The notes under the pieces are model-generated. The model did not search any database and was not told the origin of the DNA. It saw nothing but the letters and a program-made list of their open reading frames with translations. A stretch of DNA of 64,000 nucleotides, taken from NCBI RefSeq assembly GCF_009834535.1, contig NC_045697.1, positions 48,548,001 through 48,612,000 on the forward strand, in the 5' to 3' direction. This document shows positions 25,200-37,742 of the stretch, piece after piece. The translations under genes were made by a program, and so were the position numbers. The first letter of the stretch is position 1, and each line of letters opens with the position of its first letter. The stretch is from Camelus ferus. Its lineage: Eukaryota.

Positions 25200-25622
25200 T
25201 CTTAACTATTCAACACAGTCACTGCCCCTTCCTAGGGGATGGTTTACTTCCCCATCTATCAAGCTTGGCCAAGTGACCCACAGAGCCACTGTCTGCAGGA
25301 GGATTATCCATCTGTTGAATTCAGAAGTGACCATGTATTTTGGCCAGTGAAGCCCATGTGGGAGTGACCCTTCCAAGAGCTTGAAAAGTCACTTCAGGGT
25401 TCAGCATGCCTCTTTTTCCTGCTGCCACCAGACTAGCAAAGTCCAGAGAGAAGACAGGATGTTCCCTCAGCTTGGGTCCTAGGGTCAACTCAGCATGGAG
25501 CAGATCTCAGAGGATGGAGCAGACAAGGACCCTGAGTGAGAAGTAAACCTTTGCTGCGTAAGCCACCAAATCTGGGGACCAATTTGATACTTCAACATAA
25601 TTTAGTCTAACTGACCCATACA
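25200..25622 (+). mobile_element. MaLR (MLT1H/J-like) LTR
   Basis: cttggccaagtgac...tttggccagtgaa...gtgagaagtaaacctttgctgcgtaagccac...ctaactgacccataca. Confidence 0.7.
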
Positions 25623-28600
25623 AATGGTAGGTCTGTACATATGTTGATCTAAGAGCCATTGGTTCTAAAGCCTAGCTCTCCCACTATCAGATTAGGTAAG
25701 CTCTGAAGATTTTCAGTGTCTTCCATCAACCAAGTCCAAGAATCTGGGATATCCTAAGTTGTGGGTCGGGGTGGATAGCATGTAAAATATTCTAAGAGCT
25801 GTGTAGTAAGTACTCACACGTCTTGAAGAATGCACTGAGTGATCTAGTCTCTTCCCACCTTCCCAGCTTCATGTCTGTCCACTCAACCCCACCCTGAGTG
25901 CTGATGTCCCAGTCCCAAACTGGGTTTCCTTAAGGGGCTTGCCTCACCTCAGAGCTCTGCACATGCTGTTCCCTTGGCCTGGAAGACTTTTCCCCCAGCT
26001 GCTGCCCCACTTCTCTTTCCTTGCTAAGTCCTAGTGCTTACTCATCCTTCAGAAAAAATTGATGAGAACAGTGGGGACAGCATCTCAAGTACTCACATCA
26101 TAACCTCAGCACCTGCACAAGGAAAGTATGCAAGAAATAGCTGATAAAGCAGATGGATTAGGAAGCTAAGAATGACTACTGACATGTTAGGGTGCGAGGG
26201 TTGTTTTGTTTGTCAATGTCTAGCCTACCCATACTGCGATTCTGCTTCTACAAGAAACAAATTAGAAAGTAAGAAAATCACAAATTCTTCTCAAAGGAGT
26301 GTTTAATTATTAAAAACAGGCACAGCTTACGTTATGTATATTTTCACAACAATTTTTAAAGTGTTTAAAAAAAAAGGGGCAGAAAACTTGTCGGATACCA
26401 AAGAAGTTCTTTTGGAGCATTGCCCACCTCTCCACCCTAGTCTGCCCCTCCATCAACACATCACACTCTGTGCCACTTGGTCCTAGCTCAGCAGGTGGAC
26501 AGAATGCACCCACCCAGCTCTCTTCCTGCATCCTTCGACTTGAGTGATGCGCTCACAGTCACCAGCACGGATCCTGAACAGGTGGCTCTCGTGCCTTAGC
26601 TCTGGTCCCCTCAGGAAACAGACTCCTGATGTCTACCTCGGGCCAGGCCTGAGACAACACAAATTTGATTTTTAGATCACCAGCAAATTCTTTTTAGAAC
26701 CCTGTCTTTTTCACCTCAGCCCAAGTCTTGTTTTTTTGTTCAACAGCAGCCACGCTGACAGGCTGCCAGCGGGCCTGAGTGGGTAGGAGAGGTATTGTCC
26801 AGCTGGAAGGAGTTTTCTGTCACTCTGGATTAAAACACACAAGCTAAAAAAAACAAAACAAAGAGGATATCAATTATATTGCAAAGTAGTTCTCCTTGGG
26901 AAAAAGGATAGAAGCTTTAGATCTACCGGGTCTTTGTTTAGATAATGGTTCAGCTTCGCTGACCCTGGTTAAGACAGTCTGCGAAAGACAGTTCCCAATA
27001 AATGATAAAATCCAAGAGTAGCTCCAACCCCCACACTCCCCCCCAGCCAAGTTTAAGGTTCTAGAAAGAGAAACACAGGCACAGAGAACTCTGATTATAG
27101 CCTGCCCCACAGGGAGTCTAAACCTGAAGATCCTTCTCAGCTGTGGCATCACCAGTAAGGATAAGCACTGAGTCTTTCGGTAATCAGTCAAAGCAGGCCA
27201 CCCAAATCACGCATTCCTTTGTCTGCACACAGACATAGGGTAGCCCCTGTGAAAGCACTAAGCTTCTGTTCCCTCCATTGTATGAATGTCCAAGTAGTCA
27301 GACAGGGTCCACCCAGGCACACAGTTTGGTTTCTTAGTAGCAGTTTATATGAGATGGATTATGCTTGCTGGATGAAAATAACTACCAGTCTAAGAACTGT
27401 CATATCAGGGTGGTGGGATATAGCTAGTTTTAGTCTTTTAATCAATTCCTTGGGTCAACTTTTCATTGTGATGTAGACACATCATTTTTAAAGAAGGTAT
27501 TCTAAAAGATAAAAAAAATCTACAGCTCTCAAAAGATTTAAAAAGGAGGAATTACTGCACCTCAAACACTTCTTGCATTCCTTAATAACTGCTTATAGAG
27601 CCTCAATGTGTATAATTTATATCACTGACTAAAGAGTTTTAATTTTTAAAAACCGCCCCCTGGATGGCAGCCCTTTATCACTGAGAGAGCCATTCTCTGG
27701 ACATTTTTCAGCTCCATTAATCTTTCTCTGGGTCCAGCAGCCAGAGGCCTCCATGTGGGGGCCATATCCTCAAGTCACAGAAATGGCAATTTTATAACAA
27801 GGGAAAATAACACTTCATTGTCAGTCCCCACTCTCCTTCCTGCTGAAGATAGACTTTAGACAGTTCTTTAGGAACTGCCTGTAATGATCCTCAAACAGAT
27901 AGGATCCTTTACCTGCATCATAACCATTGAGTCAGCAATAGGCACATAATTTCCTTTCTCCCTAAATGGCTTACATACTCCGCCGAAATTTGTCACTGTG
28001 ATACATACGGACACTAAATCTCTCAGACAATAAAAGCTCCAGGTAAGAAGGAGTTCTGTGTTGTCCACTACTGTGTCCCTGACACCAAGAACAGTACCTA
28101 GGCACACAGGAGGTGTCAATAAAGAGTGTTAAATGAGCTCGACTGAACTTGATTTGCCATTCCTTTTGGCACAACAGATAAAAGGACAATTAAACTTGTT
28201 TCTTGAACAGTATCATAGGGGAATCTCCACCACTGGAAAAGGTTGAACACAGACCTTCTGTTAGGGATAAAGTGGGAAATATTTCTTTCTGCGCTGGGGA
28301 GGAGGCTGACCCAAATGACCTCTAAAGTCCCTTTGAACTCCTAGACCCTATAACCTCATGAACACCACTCCTTAAGAGAGTGTTTCAGCCGCCTAAAGCC
28401 TGTTCCCAGGTAGAGTAAATTACCACGCTCTGATTAAAATAAAGATAATAGCTGCCCTGGGACTTGGATGCCTAAATACTAACTCATCCAAAATGTGGAC
28501 ACATCCCTAGGGGAGAAAGGCTCTTGCTAGTCATCAGACACTCTGGAAAGAGCAGATGTGCTTCAGGGTCTTCTCAGAGCCAAGATTTAAAACCATTCCT

Positions 28601-31238
28601 GGGAAAATGGAGAAGCTAGGGGTCAAGATTAAAATGGAAATAAACAGTACGACACTAAACTGAAGCTTCTGTTTCCCAGCCAACAACAAATCCATTTAAG
28701 AAACGTCTGAATTTAGCCTTGAAGCTAAAATGGTTATAACTGAATATAACCATGCCATAAGCTAGAAAATACTGCATTTGATATATAAGGATAATATCAA
28801 ATAACTAACGTCGTATTTACCTAGGATGTCACACTAAGATGTTCAAGTTCAAGAATGTCTGCCTAATGTGGAGGGCAAGTTATTCTGACTGAACTTTTCT
28901 TCAATCTGAACAGGAGAGGCAGTTTATAGGGAAAAAATCTAATTCCAAAGGAGTAACTAGGGAAACTTTTCACACATAAATCAACTCTGGAGTGATTCTT
29001 TTCTCTCAACACACTCTTCTTTTGTTGAAATCATACAGGGAAAAGGAAGAGCAGCAAATTCTACCATGAAGGAGTCAGTGTGGAGACTTTGGGGCTAGGT
29101 TTGGAGAATCTTCTGCATTCACTGCGGTTGTTTTAAAGACATAACTGCAAACACTACACTTCAAATATTAACTGAATGAACAAAGTGAAACAGTTGAACA
29201 ATTCCTTGGAAACTGTATGAAAAGACTTTTTAACTTTGTAATCAACTCCTGATCGCCCTACCACAGCTTCTTCTTCAAAAAAAAAGTCTCCTGTTTTCAA
29301 ACTGTAAGTAATTTAATCTTAATTTTAGTGACAAGGGGGAATGTGCAGAGAAAGCAGTTATCTCCTCCTTACACATTCACTTTGTAAAAGTCTCCTCTAT
29401 TTTTTGAATGAGAGAGGTCTTAGACACAAGAATTCTGTGGGACTAAGCTCACATCTGGTTGGCAGACCTGGTGTTGGATATGATTATGGCCACACAACTA
29501 AATCTTAAATTCACATACTGTTCCTATTTAACTGACATATATGAACTAACTAATTTATAGAAAATGTGCAGCAAATTATTTCTTCCACCTCCCCCATGCA
29601 TCAAGAATGCACCAACGACAAGTGTTATTGAAAAAGACAACTCTCCCCCAGAACATTTGCATTCCTAGCCACTCTCCAATTATTTAAAGCAGATATTGTT
29701 ATTTTAGTTATTTGAATCAGTATCTGGATATAAGTGTGCTTGTGTGTGTGTTGGGGAAGGGGGAGGGGGAGTAATGTAACCATATAAACTTGTAAACTTG
29801 ACCTCTCTGAACCTCAGTTTCCTCACCAGAAAAATAAAGGGATAACTCCAGAGACTATGCAAATTCCCTCAGTAACAACAATCTATGACCACTAATCACC
29901 AAGAGGAGACGTGAATTCTTAAGAGTACGTCATTAAATATTCAAGTTTAAAATGACTAGAAGACCCACAGTTACACTTCAACATGACCGCGGCACATTTT
30001 CTGGCGGTGGAGAACGTCTTTGAAAGCACTTCGGCAGCTGAACCACCAAACCTGGTTAGAACATGCAGAGAGGCCCTGAGAAATACTGTGGGAGCGGGTG
30101 TAAAAAGCGAGTGTATCTGGGGGAGGAGCTGGGAGAAAAGTTGGGGGTTCTGAGAGCACAGTCTTGCATTTTGCATTTCTGGGCTTCCAGAATCTCCGTT
30201 AAGACTTTCGTCTGTACCTGCAAAATGTCTCAAGCCACCACCTGCAGCCACACAGTTGTGGGAAGGAGAAGATAAAAGGAAAAGGAGGTGTTAGAGCGGG
30301 AAGAACCTCGTTCGAGGCGCCCACAAAGCCCGTGGGCGAAAGTGGACTCTGAGCAGCGACAAAGAAAAGCGGAAAGAGAAAGAAGAGAACTCCGCCTTTC
30401 CCACCCGGCTCTGCTCCTTTCAGTAAAAAGGAAAGGCTGCCGCCGCCCCTTCCCTCCGCCTATCACCCGGGGATGCGGAGCCAGGACTGAAACCGCACCC
30501 TGGAAGTCCCGCTGCCCTCGGACGCGGTCGGGTCGCGGACTGAGCCTTGCACCCTCAGAGGCGCTGCCCTGGCCAGGCCCGCAAACTCGGGGCCGGAGCA
30601 TCACCCCGCCTCCATCCCTCGCTCCTTCGCCCCAGGCCGGTGGCACCCGATTCTCCACGCACCGCCCTCCCTTCCTCTTCCTTGCATCCCCGGCCCTCCG
30701 CCCCGGGCCTTCCAACCGCAGAGCATTTTAAGACTTCTACCCACCCTGACAAGGGGGCCCTTTGAAAACTTTGTGTGTGTGTGTCTAGGGCTTTTGTCCA
30801 CATCCTGGGCAGGGCCCGGTCACCGACGTGGGTGCCTGAGGGTGTCCGGGATCTCACAATAAGCTGAGGAAGCCACCACGGTCATCCCATCCCTTTATTT
30901 CTGACCTGCTTCTACAACCGTGTGACACAAGTGCTTGGGCTAACGATTCCCACGCCCTGGTCGCCACTCGGCGCGGGGGAGCCGGGAGGAAACCTCCGCA
31001 CCCGGCGCCTTTCTCCACTGTCACGAGGGAAAAGGTGTGCGCTGGGAGAGGGAGGCAGCCAAGAAACAACCGTGGCTAAAAGGATCCTTTAAAAGAAAAA
31101 ACAGGAAAAGGGTCCTTTTTCTCCCACATCCCCGGAATCGAGAGGATACACTGTTGCATCACGTAGTAACCGAACCTCTGGGCTCCTCGCCCTCCCCTCA
31201 GCCCCAGACGCGCGCCCAAATTCATGCACACACCCACA

Positions 31239-31266
31239 GCCGCCGCCGCCGCCGCCGCCGCCGCCG
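31239..31266. repeat. (GCC)9 / (GGC)9 trinucleotide repeat in intron 1
   Basis: Nine uninterrupted gcc units read directly. Confidence 0.97.
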
Positions 31267-31392
31267 TACACAGCCCCCGCCCCGGCTCCCAGTATTCCCC
31301 GCTAGCACCCTCCCGAAAGCAGGGACCCCCACCCCACCTCACCCCGGCGCCAAAGGCGCAGCGGACGGGGATTGCGAGGCCCCAGCACTCAC

Positions 31393-31419
31393 AGACGGTC
31401 TCCCAACGGCCACGGCCAT
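31393..31419 (-). CDS. SEPTIN11: Septin-11, coding part of exon 1 (MAVAVGRPS, phase-0 donor); the rest of the gene lies beyond the left edge of the window
   Basis: Minus strand reads gccgcg-ATG GCC GTG GCC GTT GGG AGA CCG TCT|GTGAGT: strong Kozak context, 9 codons matching the recalled N-terminus of mammalian septin-11 ([18 protein letters not shown]...), canonical donor at 31392-31387, inside a CpG island. Confidence 0.95.
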
Positions 31420-31578
31420 CGCGGCTGCGGCTCCAGCTGCGCCTGGGTGCTGTCTGCCAACACTGGCTGCTGCTTGGGCTCCGGCTCCGGCTCGCCTCCC
31501 CCGCGCCTCCCTTGCGGCTGCGCTCTGCTAGCGCCCGGCTCCCGCGCGCCACCAGCGGCATCTGCTCCCCCCACGCCG
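31420..31578 (-). other. SEPTIN11: SEPTIN11 exon 1 5' UTR (5' end approximate)
   Basis: GC-rich leader GGCGTGGGGGGAGCAGATGCCGCTGG...GCAGCCGCG directly upstream of the ATG; resembles the recalled human SEPTIN11 leader. The TSS cannot be fixed from sequence alone. Confidence 0.75.
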
Positions 31579-31591
31579 CCGCCCCTCCCGC

Positions 31592-31620
31592 TTTATTAGA
31601 GCAACATGGCCACCCGCCTG
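31592..31620 (-). promoter_or_regulatory. Core promoter: TATA-like TAATAAA plus upstream GC box
   Basis: Isolated AT-rich TAATAAA (plus-strand tttatta, 31592-31598) in otherwise GC-rich DNA, ~30 nt upstream of GCAGATG at ~31565; GGCGGG at 31613-31618. Confidence 0.55.
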
Positions 31621-33839
31621 GAAGGGACCATTTGCTTCCCCAGGAAGGGGTGTGAGCCTGCGCACCCGGGCTGAGGCGGTGGGAGGGAGGATGGTGGGCC
31701 AGCCTTCTGCCCGGGTCAGCCGGCTAGGGTCGTAGGGCTCGCCCTCCCCGAATATAGCAGCCAGCCCCAAAATGACCTTCTTGGGTGCCACCGAGATGCC
31801 CCCAGCCTGTGCTCCGGCCGCCACCCCCCCTTCCATCACATGCTGGAGTCCGAGTAAAAGCCTGGGCGCGGAGGTCCCCGTCTCGAGTCCCGCCACGCGT
31901 TTCGCCAAGCGCGTGGCTGGAGCGGCTGAGGAGAGATGGGACACTTGGGCGAGACAGGTCCACGGGGACAGCATCTCGCGGAAAGTTAGCCCCAGGCAAG
32001 CACGCCCAACCCGGAGGAACTGGCTTGGAAGGGGTGCGGGCCGCTAGGGAGAGCGGTAGGCGACCGAGGTGGGGCTGGGCAGGTCCCCGCCAAGGGAAGA
32101 GTTGCCCCTCCACAGGTCTCTTCCTAAGGGAGAGACTAAAAGGCCGGCAGCTGGAAGCTGTCACTGTAGCGTGCGGCCGGGTAGGCGACCAGAGCAGATA
32201 GGAAGAGGCCGTAGTAGTTGCTGCCGCAGACGGCTAACCGCCTGCTGGAGAGAAAGAAAAGGACGCCTCCGCTGGAGAATTAAAGCAGCTGTTGACTGCC
32301 CTAGAGCGTGGGGGCCGAGGCCTACCCCGGGTGTAACGAGAGAGCTGGGCACACGTGAGAGCTCAGCCGACTTTTTTGATCGCTGGAGACCCGACGACCC
32401 GGAGGCAGGCGCGCGGGGCTGCGGCTGGAGGGCGCGGCGACGGCGCCAGGCGGGTGACCCTGGAGTCGGTGCGACTCCGAGCGCGTGGGACTGAGAAATT
32501 GCTTTATGATGGGGAAGGATTTTTCCAGCAGATGTTGGGGCGTTCCTGCGTGTCTGGATGTCGGGCTAATGGCAGGGTCCTGGTGCGTCCCGGTAGCGCG
32601 GTACCGGTGCAAGGTCTGGGCGGTGAGGCGTGCCGGAGGTGCTGTAGGTTCCCCCAGCCTCTCACGGGGCAGGGGAAGGGGGCCACGGCGACAGGTGATT
32701 GAGCGTAGCGTCTGTTGAGGGCAGGGAACCAACTGGATCCAAGCGCAAGGAAAATGTGGGGTGGCGATGAAGGGCTGTGATCAGCCCACGGGATTGCGCC
32801 CTCAGGGAAAACCCGGCCTATTCAATTAGGTGAAAGACAAACCACCTCTTTAGACTGGGGCGCCTCAGAGTCTGACCTGAGACCTGAAGCACCCAGGTTT
32901 CTCCGGACATTGCCTCTGCCTTTCCCGCGATATCTGCCCACGATGGGCCCCAGGATTCAAACGCGCCTCTCAGCCTTTGGCTATGGATGAGTGGGCTCCG
33001 AGCGCGCGTCCCAGTGCTGAGAGGCAGACACTGGCTTGTCCCCGGACGGGTCGAGAGGCTAAATTCGACCGGCTGGACGCCGGTGGGACAGCCAGGAATG
33101 AAAGTCTCCATGAAAGATGAGGATCTCTGAATGGGGGACTCTTCAGTCTGTGGGCGGGCCCAGACCGGCAGAACACTAACCTCTTCAGTTCTGATCAGTT
33201 TCTACCCCTAGACTTCAAATCTTCTGAAGACAAGGACCACCATTTTATATCGAGCATATTTTGGGCACGCTGTAAGTGTTGTGTTAGGATTACGACTTGC
33301 ATGGATGCTAGGCAAAGGGAGGGGGAAGAAATGCTTCTCTCTGCCGCTTTCTGTGTATAGATACTTTGCTCCTTGTCCCAGAGGGAAGATTAGACAGCGG
33401 CACTGCCCATGGACAAGAGGTCTTAGGTAAGCGCTATGAAAAGACAGCTCCGCAGGCTGCCAACCGGATGTAAGGGCAATTTCAAACCAACTCTCCACCT
33501 TGTGTTTTGTTGACCATACCACACTGCAGGATTTTGTTGATTGTTTTTAATTTTGTTTACTTATTTTGCTGGCAAATGCTTATGTTGAAAATATCTGATT
33601 AGAATGTGAACTCCTTACCTTTGTTGGTAGGTTAGTTTATTCTCATCACAAATGCAGGAAACATAATTCACATACCATACAATTTACCAATTTAAAGTAC
33701 ACAATTCAGTAGTTTTTTAAATATATTCACCAATTCCAGTCTCACAATTTCCTCCCTTTGTTCCTTCAGTCCTAGGAGTGGTAACAACTTAACATTATTT
33801 GTCTTTCAGGGACTTGCCATTCCTTATTTATTCTACTTT

Positions 33840-34005
33840 ATTGCTTCTCAAATTTTAGTACATACAAATCACCTGAGAACCCTGTTAAAATGCAAATTCT
33901 AAAATCAGTAGGTCTTGGGTGGCACCTGATAGTCTTTAGTTCCATCAAGCTCCCAGGTGATGCTCATATTGCTGATCAGCTGAAAATTCCAGACTAACAA
34001 GTGTT
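33840..34005. mobile_element. MER5A-like hAT-Charlie MITE
   Basis: ttctcaaatttt...aatcacctgagaaccctgttaaaatgcaaattct...tcagtaggtcttgggtgg...caagctcccaggtgatgct. Confidence 0.8.
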
Positions 34006-34129
34006 TACAGTTCTAAAGTAATCCCTTTATGTAAGATTCTTTTTTCATTTGAAACATCTGCAGTAATTTTTTTCCACTAAGACTTTGATATATATGGAAA
34101 TGAAAAAAAAATCAGAATTGTCACTCATA

Positions 34130-35450
34130 AACTCAATCTCCTTCTTTCCCTGTTGTTAAAACAGTTGTTTAAAAACTCATTCTAGCCAATGTTAAATTTA
34201 CCAATAATTCTCAAACTCTACCCTGCTCATGATACTTTTTATTCTATTTGAAAATCAGGATAATATTTGCCCTTCTTCAATCTTTGGCATTTCTTATTTT
34301 TCTCTGGTTTCCCAAAGCTGGCTAATATTGATTCTACAATCACTTACACAAAGTCTTTCATGGATAATTCATTTTAGTCCTAGAAAGTTTAACTCACTTA
34401 AAACAATCGGTTGTTCATTTACCACATTGGATTTCAGTAGCCTTTTAATCATGTTTACACTACATTTTTAATTTTTGAAAGATTACTCTCTTTGAGAGAG
34501 GAGACAAATAAAAGTTAAGGAGGTTTGACTTTTCTTTGCCATCTGATAGCATATCATCAGTACCACATGGTGACTTTCATCCTTTCTTTTCATCCTCTTG
34601 TGGCAAGTCTTACTTGACAAGCAATACATTTTGAAAATTTCGTGGTATTATTTGTAAAAGCAAAAATTATCTAAACCTACAAGAAAGTATCAATCCTTGT
34701 AGGCTTGTGCTACTCTTTAATACATGCTCTTTTTAAAATCTGATCTCATTAAGGAGCATCCTGTGAAGTGACATTCTCCCTGGAGTAAGATGACTTGGCC
34801 TGATGGTCACTCTCCTTGGCAGCCAGCCCTGGAGCTGAGTCAGTTCCCATAATACTGGCATCTCTAATTCTCAGATAATTCCTTTCTTGCCATAGCCAGT
34901 TATTGTGGTATCTGGCTATACCACAATACCTTTTTCTATGTATGTAGTTGTATGTAGAAAATGTATGTAGTTGAAGTCCCTTCAACTACTAGATACATTG
35001 CCTCTAAGTTGGAATAGAATTATACATACATACCTGTATATTCTGACAGCAATATCACTTCTATATTCTCACATTTTATCTCAGCCCATTTGCTCCCCAT
35101 CATTCTACCATCAACAATGTCCACCAGCTGAATAATTCTCTAGTGCATGGGGTTACATTGCACCCTCATCATTCTTCTTGTAAACTTGTTCCTTTTGAAT
35201 GAGATAAAACTTTCTTATTTCAGTCATAAGTTCCTTGCTACCTCATCTATCAATATCTATTGGATTGCATTCATCTCCTTTTGCTACTTTTTTTCAAGTT
35301 CAGATTGCTTTGCCATTAATTCTCTCTTTCCAACGTAAGATTTCAAAATTCACTGGCACTATACTTCTATCTGTTTCATTTAGTTCCACTTGGATAAACA
35401 GAAGTGGATATTGGTTGGTTGGTATAACAAATTTTGGCAGGTTATGCTCC
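34130..35450 (-). mobile_element. Highly degraded CR1/L3 LINE remnant(s)
   Basis: tttgaaaatcaggataatatttgcccttcttcaatctttggcatttc...ttaactcacttaaaa resembles antisense L3 RT-region consensus; extent uncertain. Confidence 0.45.
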
Positions 35451-35644
35451 ATGCTTCATTATTATAATCTGTTATAATATATGTAACATTGTTACACCCT
35501 ATTATATTCTGTTATAACAGAATTAGCCATTGCAAAGCTGCCTCTTTATTCATCCACAGTGAAAAACATAGCCTTGGGATTCAGGACAATTGGATTCATG
35601 TCCTTCACTGCCAAATATCATAAGCTATGCAGTTTTTTTAATTG

Positions 35645-36150
35645 ATGTATTTGTTTGAATATAGGCTAAGTTGCTGTAATAGAGATACTCCAAAACTCAG
35701 TGGCCCAAAAAAGATACTCATTTCTCTCTTATGAAATAGTCCAGGAGGTGGTGGTGAGCAGTCCAGAGAGACTGGCAGATATGCTTCTTGAGATCATCCA
35801 GGGATCCATGGTCCTTCATTGCTGCTTCTTGCTCCATCAACTTCTGATTGTTATCTCACCTGCTGTGATCTAAGCTGGTTCACCAAAACCATATTCATAG
35901 TCTAGCCCATGGGAAGGGTGAAGAAGAGGAAGTGGAAGGAAAGCAATATCCTTTTAAGGAAATGACATGGTTGTAGCCATGTCACCTCTGCTCACAGTCC
36001 ACTGCAAAAACTCAGTCACATGAACATTCTTTGTAGGGTGGCTAGGATATGTAATCTCTTATATAGCACCAATATGCCCTCTAAAACATGGGAGAAGGAT
36101 CCTATTTATAAAAGGAAGAAATGAGAAATGGATACTGGGAGAAAATTGCA
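35645..36150 (-). mobile_element. MaLR (MLT1J/K-like) LTR
   Basis: ataggctaagttgctgtaata...aactcagtggc...atccagggatcc...cctctgctcacagtccactgc...agtcacatg. Confidence 0.6.
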
Positions 36151-37742
36151 ATTTCAGAGGTAATATATTTACATAGTTAAAAAATAAAATAATAGAATGA
36201 AGTATTATAGATTGAATATTCCACAGAATGAATTAGTATAGAATGATGTCTCCTACCTTATTCACCATCTGTCTAGGCCTTACCCCTCTCCTCAAGAAGG
36301 AAATACTTCATTAGTGTCCCATGTATCTTTCCAGAGTTTTCTTAAGCAACTTCAAGCAAATATAAATATATGTTCTTGTCTTTGTATTTTCTGCTCAATT
36401 CTGCTGTGAACTTGAAACTGCTCTAAAAAATAAAATCTATTAATTAAAAAATATATATGTTCTTATTTCTTACCCTGTTCCCTGTTTTACATTTTTTAAA
36501 AAACCCTATACTGTGTGTATCATTCTGCACCCTGTTTTATTTAACAATGTGTTTTGCATATTCTTTTATGTAAGTGTCTAGTTATCATCCTCAATCTTTT
36601 ATACTACTGCCTGTTATTTTTAATGTTGTACTGTTATCTATTTAACAGTCCCATTGATAAATTCAGAGTTGTTTCTAATCTTTTGCCATTACAAATACTG
36701 CTACAATAATAACCTTGTTCTTGTCATTTTGAACATATGAAAGCATATCTGTAAGATACATATCCAGAAGTGAGATTAGCCAAACATGATACTGAGCCAG
36801 CTGTTGATCTCTTTGAGTCCCATTTTCTTATAAAATGAAGCTCATATTCACCTCATGGATATGGTTATTGTGATAATGAAAAAAATATAAAATTACTGTT
36901 ACACAGTAACAAAAACATAAAAGAGTTACATTTATCAAAATATGTACAAGATTGATACTGTAAAAAATACAAAACACTGTTGAAAGAAAACAAGAGAAAC
37001 CTAAATGAAGGGATATACCATGTTCATGGATTAGAAGACAATATTTTTCAAATGCAATTTTCCCCAAATCAATCTATATACACAAATGTAATCCCAACTG
37101 AAATCCCAGGGAAATTTTTTATAGAAATTGACAACCCAAAATTTATGCAGAAACATGAAAGACCTAGGATAGCTAAAACAACTTTGAAGAAGAACAAAGT
37201 TGGGGAACTTGACCTGATTTCAAGACTTACTAAAAAGATATAATAATCAAGACATTGTTTAATTGGCCAAAGTACAGTCGCACAGTCCTTTGAAAGAGTC
37301 CAGATGTAGACCCATACGTGTATGGTCAGTTAATTTTTAACAAAGGTGCCAAGGCAGTTTCATGGGAAATGATGGCCTTTTCAACAAATCATGCCAGAAC
37401 CATTGGATATCTATATAGAAAAAAAGATAGAGAACCTCAACCCTTATTTCATTTATACACAAATACTGAATCCAAATGGATAATAAACCTAAATGCAAAC
37501 ACTGAAAGAGTGACACTTCCAGAAAAAAAATAAGAAAAATCTTAATGACTGAGCTAGACAATAATTTCTTAGAGGGGACAGAGAAAGCATTAACTGACAG
37601 GACATCATCAAAATTCAAACCTTTGCTCCTCAAAAGGCACTCTTAAGAAAAGGAAAAGGCAAACCACAGACTGGGGAAAAAATATCTGTAATACTTGCAA
37701 AAAGGTTTTTTTTAATGAGTAAAATACGTGAACACACATATC

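Larger units (their letters stand above)
1..31392 (-). other. SEPTIN11: SEPTIN11 intron 1 (partial; continues past the window start)
   Basis: Begins at the GTGAGT donor. I found no sequence encoding [23 protein letters not shown] (expected exon 2) in the window or in the ORF track. Confidence 0.8.
30280..33200. promoter_or_regulatory. CpG island / SEPTIN11 promoter region
   Basis: Abrupt rise in GC content and CpG density relative to AT-rich flanks; many GC boxes; spans exon 1. Confidence 0.92.

Noticed and set aside
30230..33176. Many overlapping 100-165 aa ORFs on both strands
   Set aside because: Expected from stop-codon scarcity in a GC-rich CpG island; low-complexity R/G/P/A composition and no recognisable domain. 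Only the 9-codon SEPTIN11 exon is supported.
36980..37533. ORFs with L1 ORF2p similarity (also 47247-47979)
   Set aside because: Frameshifted or 5'-truncated retrotransposon remnants, not host genes.
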